NCBI GenBank assembly: GCA_041736175.1
Contig: JBGSUI010000174.1
Location: forward strand, 1 to 21,649
Length of the DNA stretch: 21,649 bases
From: Oligoflexales bacterium
GTDB lineage: Bacteria; Bdellovibrionota_B; Oligoflexia; Oligoflexales; CAIYRB01
Direction of reading: 5' to 3'
The notes below the pieces were generated by a model. That model saw only the letters and a program-made list of their open reading frames with translations, had not been told where the DNA came from and ran no database searches. Position 1 is the first letter of the stretch; the number at the start of each line of letters is the position of its first letter. Positions 15,561 through 21,649 of this stretch are shown here, piece after piece. Both the position numbers and the translations under genes were made by a program.

Positions 15561-15644
15561 TGGTGTGGACGGAGAGACTTGAACTCTCACGGGTTACCCC
15601 ACCGGCTTCTAAGACCGGCATGTCTGCCATTTCATCACGTCCGC
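15561..15644 (-). tRNA. full-length tRNA-Leu(TAG) duplicate with acceptor-stem mismatch (att / probable pseudo-tRNA)
   Basis: 83/84 nt identical to 20863-20946. The change at 15566 gives a C2:A71 mispair. Confidence 0.85.
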
Positions 15645-15699
15645 TCCGTGTTTCTGCCTAAACTCTTTCGACCCCGCTCCAGCCTTTCGCCATTTCCCT

Positions 15700-15993
15700 A
15701 GGGAGCTGAAACTCCTGGTTGAACTAGGAAACACAATTGTCAAAATCGAACCAAACTATATTCTGCGTGGATTTGTTTTCCCTCCATCTGAACGCAAACT
15801 ATCTCAAAAATGCACTGATCACTTTGGCCCCGTGGTATTCGCCAATATCGTCAGCATCGAAGATCTCTACGCCGGAAAAATCTGCGCTGCACTGGACAGA
15901 CAACATCCACGCGATCTTTTCGATGTTCATTTTTTTCTTAAAAACGAGGGCTTCACTGAAAATGTTCATAAAGCATTCCTCGTCTATTTAGTA
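15700..15993 (+). pseudogene. internal fragment of an AbiEii/AbiGii-family nucleotidyltransferase toxin
   Basis: Frame reads KLLVELGNTIVKIEPNYILRG...DLYAGKICAALDRQHPRDLFDV...AFLVYL. The N-terminal GGTA motif and the C-terminus are absent. Confidence 0.85.
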
Positions 15994-16199
15994 GGTGTTT
16001 GGGCTATGGTGAATCTAATTTTAGCAAACTTATAAATACAGCCCAAGTATCCAGCAGCAGTAGCTGTTGACCCATCAATTAAGGTGAGAGGAGGGCTTGT
16101 TCCAAAGTCTGTATTAATCAAGAAGGTCCCTTTAGATGTGTAGCGTACTCCGCTTCCTGGAGTTATTTCTGCGGTGGTGATTCGGAAGGCGACATCCAT
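15984..16199 (-). other. possible fragment of a phage structural gene
   Basis: Thr/Gly-rich open frame converging on the AbiEii fragment, with no recognisable motif. Confidence 0.3.
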
Positions 16200-16253
16200 A
16201 GGCGAGGCCGCTGTTCATATTATGTTGCTTGGTCTTAGCGAAGCCCACCCTCT

Positions 16254-16628
16254 TCATTTTTTGGATTTCTCAGCCAGCTTGTCTAACTCTTTTATCAACG
16301 CCTTAGCTTTAAAAAAAGAACTCCTGACATTGTCTTGTAGATTTTCCACTTTAGAGTCGTAGTCTACGTTGTTTCGCCATCCTCTGAGCGTTTCTAAATA
16401 ATTAGCTATAAATTTAGGGGTGAATTTTCGATTTCTAAAATAATCTATTAACGCTAGGTGGACATCATTTTTGGGTGGGTAATAATTCTCGTTCCTAGCA
16501 AAATTTAAAGCAATATTGAACACAGCGTAGTAGGTCCTAGAGACCGCTGTTCGTAGCTTGGCTTCATCATTAGAGGAACCACTAAGGACTTCAGCTAATT
16601 TAAGATATTCTTTCCAGTCCCAATTCAC
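16254..16628 (-). CDS. HEPN-domain protein
   Basis: WKEYLKLAE...EAKLRTAVSRTYYAVF...LRGWRNNVDYD motifs. GTG start at 16628, immediately after the upstream stop. Confidence 0.85.
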   Translation of the reverse strand: MNWDWKEYLKLAEVLSGSSNDEAKLRTAVSRTYYAVFNIALNFARNENYYPPKNDVHLALIDYFRNRKFTPKFIANYLETLRGWRNNVDYDSKVENLQDNVRSSFFKAKALIKELDKLAEKSKK

Positions 16629-16629
16629 C

Positions 16630-16899
16630 TTAGTAATCTTCCATAATAACAAATTCACTAGCGCCAGGTAGTTCACAAAGCTCTTTTATTGTTTCATGAC
16701 ATTTTTCGTCAGAAACACCGAATTTTGGTTTAAAAAAAAGGTATTTTACCAGTCTGCCTGTCTCAACATCAGCAATTTCCTTGACCTCAACCTTGGTAGC
16801 TATGGAATAAAGCCTACCTTCGAGTATAGGTAATACTTGATTATAGGTTGACAATTTTTCAGCAGCACTCATTTTCTTCTTATCCTTTTCGGTTTCCAT
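16630..16899 (-). CDS. small partner of HEPN protein (candidate antitoxin)
   Basis: 89 aa with a GGAGGG RBS, translationally coupled to HEPN. Lacks an obvious MNT GS-x-DxD motif. Confidence 0.7.
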   Translation of the reverse strand: METEKDKKKMSAAEKLSTYNQVLPILEGRLYSIATKVEVKEIADVETGRLVKYLFFKPKFGVSDEKCHETIKELCELPGASEFVIMEDY

Positions 16900-16917
16900 A
16901 GAATATCACCCTCCGCT

Positions 16918-17016
16918 CAATCGGTAAAGGACACCTAAAACTTTACTGGTGTCTGCAACTAGTGTGCCTTTATTAACGTATCAATCGCTTATCGGCAAAT
17001 ATGCACAAAATATTTA
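16918..17016 (-). promoter_or_regulatory. two tandem sigma28-type promoters
   Basis: Minus strand TAAA(17016)-N16-GCCGATAA(16996) and TAAA(16945)-N16-ACCGATTG(16925). Confidence 0.7.
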
Positions 17017-17105
17017 GAAGAATTGAAATACTATTAAATTTATTCATATTTTTAATGTGTTTAACTCATTGACACCTACACCAAAAAATATCAATTAGGT
17101 TAAGC

Positions 17106-18785
17106 TCAATCCATTGACTTATTTAGAGTAGCCCAAGTACTTACCAAGCCAGGGAGCCCTCTTTCAGCCGCATTAGCCAGTAGCTTCTTTACAGGCTCCT
17201 CTAACCCATCCCAGGCCGCATCTAACGCCAGTACTGTCCTTTGGGCTAGTACATCAGTGCCCTTGATTGTGTCACTTGATTTAGCTAACAGTGAGCTGGC
17301 AACCTTCCTTCCATATTTATCCCTTGCTAGGCCAGCAAGTCCACCAACAGCAGCACCGGCTATACCCCCTCCAGGTCCACCAAAAACTGAACCTAGGGCA
17401 GCGGACGTTAATCCTCCGCCTACAACACTTCTACTACCCCTACCTGTGTCTCCACCAGACTTTTTGTAGATGGAACTAATATCAAACTCATTAAATAGAG
17501 CATTGTCTACTTCCTTTAAATCCCCCTTCAAAACACTCTTTGTATCCTTCGTCATATCATCGACTAGGTTTTTTGCAGTTGATACACTTCTGTCTGTATA
17601 TTCAACCCCGGCCTTTCCATTTTTAAGACCGAACTTGGGCATCAACTTATCATACATTGCACTTTTTTTAGCTACCGGGACCATGGCATCTCTGTAGTCC
17701 GTATTTATTTGTTTTAGAAGGTCATCGACATAAGTTCTATATTTGGTCAAAGCTTCATTTGCTACACTTTTACCGGGGTCATCCCAATCTATGTTTTTAT
17801 CAATATTTTGAATAACCCTCTTAAGGTCTGCAAAATTATTTGCCTTAATGAAATCATCCTGGGCAGCCTGTACATAGCTTGCGGCTCTTTTTTGAGCAGC
17901 CTGGGAACTGTTCTTAATATTCATTGTAGTTAGTACATCGTCAGCTATTCCTGCGAACTCCTCTCGAACTGTTTTCTCAAAACCAGGAACAGGAAAGTCA
18001 AAAATACTAGCTCCTTTAAGATGCAAGTCCACCTCCTTATCCACAGCTTCTAGTGCTTTCCAAGCCTTGCCACTTTCTTCGGCCATTTCATCTCTTAGTC
18101 TATTTGCCGTTTTCTCTACTGCCTGTGCCAATTCAGTATTCCCTTTAGGCGTCATGTCTTTAATTGATGAGTTGGCTATTATTTTTCTGCCGACTTCCTC
18201 TGGGAGGTCTCCAAGAAAGTCACCTGCTTTAGCAGCGGTGTTTTTAACAGCTTCGCCACTTCCAAGCCAATTCTTAACACCCTTAGCTGTCTTAGCTACG
18301 CCTTTTCCAAGTCCAAAAGTAGCAACACCAACTCCAGTTCCCAAAGCAACATCTTTCGCTGCTCCTACAATATCTCCATCAGTTAAATCAGCATCGCTAT
18401 TACCAAGACCTACAACAGCTCCCCAGTCCGGCAGCGGTTTTTAAGGTATTTGCACCTGCAATAGGCGCACCTACAGCACCGACCACACCACCAACTACCT
18501 GCCCAGCCATCTCAGTCTTTGGATTCTGTCTAGCAGATTCACCATAAGCTAGCCTGCGCTCATCCCTAGCCTTCTGGTAGCTCTCTTTTAATGAATCACC
18601 TTCATATGGAATGCCTTCCACAACATGGGCAGCTCTATCTAATAGATAGTTACCTCCACCCTCTACTGCACCTAGGATTTCGTCTCCTAAGCCCATTGTT
18701 ATGCCCTGAGAAATACCACCAAGGGCCGATTTAGCTAGAGGAACATCCTCTTTGACTACAAAGCCACTTGCTTTTGCTTTTTCTA
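17106..18785 (-). pseudogene. phage internal virion/ejection-like protein, 5'-truncated and frameshifted
   Basis: ORFs 18400-18696 and 17106-18344 join across a G4 run at 18421-18424. QGITMGLGDEILG and Gly/Ala zipper segments are typical of podophage ejection proteins. Confidence 0.6.
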
Positions 18786-18995
18786 GGTTGGCTGCTTTAT
18801 CGGGCCGCTGATGAGAAGTTCCAGAAGGCGTCCCAGGCAGAGAAGTCGGTGAAGCAGTTCATGGAAGCCCTTCAGAAGGACCCGATGACTGTACTAAACA
18901 ATCTTAATTTACCTATAGACCGGAAGAAGCTGGCAGAAACAAAGGGAATCGAGATGCAAATTAGTCGCAAAAAAGAGATAAACAAAATCAGGTAG
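18768..18995 (+). pseudogene. fragment of a phage helical (scaffold-like) protein
   Basis: Amphipathic stretch AADEKFQKASQAEKSVKQFMEALQKDPMTVL with no credible start. Confidence 0.35.
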
Positions 18996-19045
18996 TTAAA
19001 AAATAAATATTTACACAGGACCTTAATAATTATTGTATGAACCTA

Positions 19046-19074
19046 TTGACAATGGTTCTCATTTGGGTTAAAAT
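19046..19074 (+). promoter_or_regulatory. near-consensus sigma70 promoter
   Basis: TTGACA-N17-TAAAAT, flanked by CAGGACC copies at 19016, 19080 and 19119. Confidence 0.7.
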
Positions 19075-19172
19075 ATAAACAGGACCAGGTTTGTAAAAGG
19101 AATCGTCTAGTTACAACCCAGGACCAGAAAAATACCACCAATCAAGCAAACTCGGTGGGTAAAGGAGATAGA

Positions 19173-19700
19173 ATGAACAATTTTAAAAAGGTCTATTTGC
19201 AAACTGATTATTCAAAATTTGGTAAGGCGGAACAAGCTGGGATGCAACTTCTGTTAGAGTGTTTGGGGTTTAAAACAAGACGGCTTCCACTTGGTAAATA
19301 TGGCCCTGACCTAGAGATTATTGATGCACCCCCTGGATACGAATACATGGTTGGGGACATGATTGAGGTTGTCAGTCGATTGTTCTGGCCTGGTGGAAGC
19401 TGGCCTAAGCCTGACTTCAGAATTGAGGGCAGGAAGATACCAAACTGGGGCCCTGACTCTGAACAAGACCCCAACATACCCCCCTACGGCCTTCATTTTC
19501 TGATTTTATCTTCCCCAGAGTCTGGTTTCAGTGATGGTATATTCATTCAGCAAAAACATATTTTGGCAAATTTAGAAAATATCCAGCAGGTAAAACACAG
19601 ACTCTGTCAGGAAGGCCAGACAGAACCTAATCTGATTATTCCAGCAGAGTTAGGGATATGGCTCTCTAAGTCTGAACCTGAATCTGAGGTGGCAGCATGA
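19173..19700 (+). CDS. phage-like hypothetical protein, possible PD-(D/E)XK fold
   Basis: AAGGAG RBS before ATG 19173. Pattern E...LGF...GKYGPDL...IEV. Confidence 0.6.
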   Translation: MNNFKKVYLQTDYSKFGKAEQAGMQLLLECLGFKTRRLPLGKYGPDLEIIDAPPGYEYMVGDMIEVVSRLFWPGGSWPKPDFRIEGRKIPNWGPDSEQDPNIPPYGLHFLILSSPESGFSDGIFIQQKHILANLENIQQVKHRLCQEGQTEPNLIIPAELGIWLSKSEPESEVAA

Positions 19701-20062
19701 GACATTACGATGCACACCTGACAGAACAGCTTGGTGACTACAAAGGACTCTCCGAACAAGACAAAATATGGTTGGATGCTTTCAATAAGGCAACTATTTC
19801 AGCCAACTTTAGTAAATTAAAAATTCTACCGATAAGTGGCCCGGAACTGAAGAACCTTCAAAAACAAATTCATCGGGAAAGAAGCAAAAGGAGATTTGAC
19901 ATCATGAATAATGGGGAGGGGTTTATTAAAGAGAAGAATAATGAGTTGCGAAAAAAATGCAGGTGCTACCAGATTGCAGATTACTTGCCGAGCCCGAAAT
20001 CCCTGTGTAAACAAGGCAGTCAAAGAACACCTTGGATTTCCAGTCTAGGATGTTTTCCCTGA
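19697..20062 (+). CDS. phage-like hypothetical protein, probably 3'-truncated
   Basis: ATGA overlap with the upstream gene. Its last part overlaps the integrase remnant on the opposite strand. Confidence 0.55.
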   Translation: MRHYDAHLTEQLGDYKGLSEQDKIWLDAFNKATISANFSKLKILPISGPELKNLQKQIHRERSKRRFDIMNNGEGFIKEKNNELRKKCRCYQIADYLPSPKSLCKQGSQRTPWISSLGCFP

Positions 20063-20645
20063 CCTTCAGGTATTCGCCCTTCTCTAGGAACCTAACTTCA
20101 GGTAGGTCCTCTTTATCGAGGGATAGCAGCTCGGAGTCTAATGCCCTTCCAAGGAATTTGAGGACGCTCTTAAGCCGAGAGACTAGTCTTCTTTGGGGAT
20201 TGCCTTGGTGCTTAGAATTGATGGCCTTCTGTAGTTGGTAAACGTCTGTGGTAGTGAGTGGTAGATTACCTATGGATTCGACTGCTCGTTGATATTCCAG
20301 CCTGGTCGTTTGAGGGTCTATATTCCTAGGATGTTTGGTGAAGTGAAACTTTAGATACCGCTCAAGGATTTGAGCGTTCTCTGTATGGTGGGTTCTTATT
20401 GTTTGTCCTATTCGCTCTTCATCCTCTCGGTAGAAGTCATCCCTAAGCTTCTGTGCTGCTTTCAGGAGCTGCTTTACCTCCACACCAGCCCCTAATTGAC
20501 TGTTGAGGATATCAATCCGAGGGTCCTTGATGGTCTCGTAGCGATACTTACGTATCTCCCCAGGAATGGGAATACGCCTTTGGAAGGCGAAAGTCTTACG
20601 ACTACCCTTTGGTACTTTTAGGAGGAATGCTGTCTTTTTCTGCAT
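19926..20645 (-). pseudogene. int: tyrosine integrase, N-terminal and core-binding part only
   Basis: Lies next to the tRNA-Leu 3' end. EVRFLEKGEY...FFDCLVYTGI is the entry into box I, but the catalytic R and HxxR/Y region is missing. Confidence 0.75.
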
Positions 20646-20755
20646 CGATTTTGTCCAACTCCAAGCAGTCTTGGTAAATCTTGGCAAAGGAAGCAGACCC
20701 ATTAACACATTTTATGATTTCATACAAATATTTCGCATCATGCCAAGCATTCAAG

Positions 20756-20811
20756 GAGGTTACCTTTTGACCTACATGTAGGCCAGAGGTAGTCTTAGAA
20801 TGTAGGCCAGA
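20756..20811. repeat. putative integrase arm-type sites
   Basis: TGTAGGYCA occurs three times: 20768-20776 (inverted), 20777-20785 and 20801-20809. Confidence 0.55.
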
Positions 20812-20862
20812 CCTAGACATTTCTACGTTTACCTGATGGTGTTTTGCTTAATCAAATCATTA

Positions 20863-20946
20863 TGGTGCGGACGGAGAGACTTGAACTCTCACGGGTTACC
20901 CCACCGGCTTCTAAGACCGGCATGTCTGCCATTTCATCACGTCCGC
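20863..20946 (-). tRNA. tRNA-Leu(TAG)
   Basis: GCGGACGTGATGAAATGGCAGACATGCCGGTCTTAGAAGCCGGTGGGGTAACCCGTGAGAGTTCAAGTCTCTCCGTCCGCACCA: perfect acceptor stem, TAG anticodon, long variable arm, CCA. Confidence 0.97.
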
Positions 20947-21167
20947 AAAAATGACTCACTCTAGCTACCTCAGACCACGCCCTTTGTCCACAAAAAAAAT
21001 CGCAATCCCCATCCCCCCTTACCAATCCGTTGGCTAGCTCCCAACGACCACCCCCTTCATCCTATCCACCGATATTAAACATTTATTATTTTTAAAAGCA
21101 CGTCCAACCCAAAATTTATTCTATTTATGATAAACTATCCAAAACTACTTATTGAGAGGAATAGATT

Positions 21168-21527
21168 TTGGATCATCATAATTTAAACAATTTTAGATCT
21201 ATTTTTTGGAAGGTTATTGCAACCACAATCCCCGCCTTCATCACGATGGGCACAGCGCTGGCTCAAGATGCCACGACGGCAGCACCCGCTGCTCCCAAAA
21301 TAGACACAGGCGACACCGCCTGGGTCTTGACTTCTGCAGCATTGGTTCTGCTGATGACACCTGGGTTGGCCTTTTTTTATGGAGGCATGGTCCGGGTCAA
21401 GAATGTTCTTTCCACCTTATTTCAAAACTTTGCCGCACTCGGCGCCGTGGGGTTTATATGGGGGGCCGTTGGCTACAGTCTAGCTTTTTCGGGAAAAAGC
21501 AACGGCTGGATTGGGGTGTCCAAATAG
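21168..21527 (+). pseudogene. amtB: ammonium transporter, N-terminal part, interrupted
   Basis: Signal peptide followed by IDTGDTAWVLTSAALVLLMTPGLAFFYGGMVRVKNVLS...VGYSLAF...WIG, then unrelated sequence and a stop. Confidence 0.9.
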
Positions 21528-21649
21528 GGGGGGTACGAGCCTAAATCCTATCCTAGGATTTGGACCTAAAATCAGTCTCCCCATCTTTCGGATAGTAGGG
21601 GATATTCCCGCGGAGTCCAGAAAGCATTTTAAACTGTTTTGACCCCCAG

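Larger units (their letters stand above)
12148..15644. mobile_element. integrated element remnant B (TA-like pair plus toxin/immunity-like operon)
   Basis: Bounded by tRNA-Leu repeats at 12106-12147 and 15554-15644. Confidence 0.75.
15645..20862. mobile_element. decayed prophage/integrative element A
   Basis: Lies between two tRNA-Leu copies, with an integrase remnant next to the intact tRNA and phage-like gene fragments. Confidence 0.8.

Noticed and set aside
20602..20820. 72-aa ORF as the frameshifted integrase N-terminus or an excisionase
   Set aside because: No recognisable motif. It overlaps the putative arm sites, and the homologous frames at the other att sites stop within 12 codons. 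Left unresolved rather than called.
5509..20946. Recurring tRNA-derived repeat read as a CRISPR array or integron attC sites
   Set aside because: Copies are kilobases apart and are tRNA-Leu sequence. There are no cas genes, no integron integrase and no attC-type GTTRRRY/RYYYAAC hairpins.

Overview
Bacterial chromosomal window, probably Bdellovibrionota/Oligoflexia (inferred from a TIGR02147-like gene and recurrent sigma28-type promoters). It lies between tRNA-Val(GAC) at the left and tRNA-Leu(TAG) plus an interrupted amtB at the right. Almost everything between them is a tandem stack of eroded integrative elements at the 3' end of tRNA-Leu. att copies of the tRNA occur at 5516, 12113 and 15561, all sharing the 7-bp extension ATCATTA. 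A homologous arm sequence lies about 85-110 bp from the core at two of the sites, and an orphan arm sits at about 2480. The cargo is dominated by toxin-antitoxin/defence-like pairs: HipBA, a DUF6036-like nucleotidyltransferase with an HTH partner, a frameshifted HigBA, an MqsR-like toxin with a Zn-ribbon/RHH partner, an AbiEii fragment, and HEPN with a small partner. It also carries a Tlde1/L,D-transpeptidase-like putative cell-wall toxin followed by two paralogous candidate immunity genes (a third relic lies at 5360), lipoproteins, and a decayed prophage with a truncated tyrosine integrase. All family assignments come from motif recognition by eye, not database searches.
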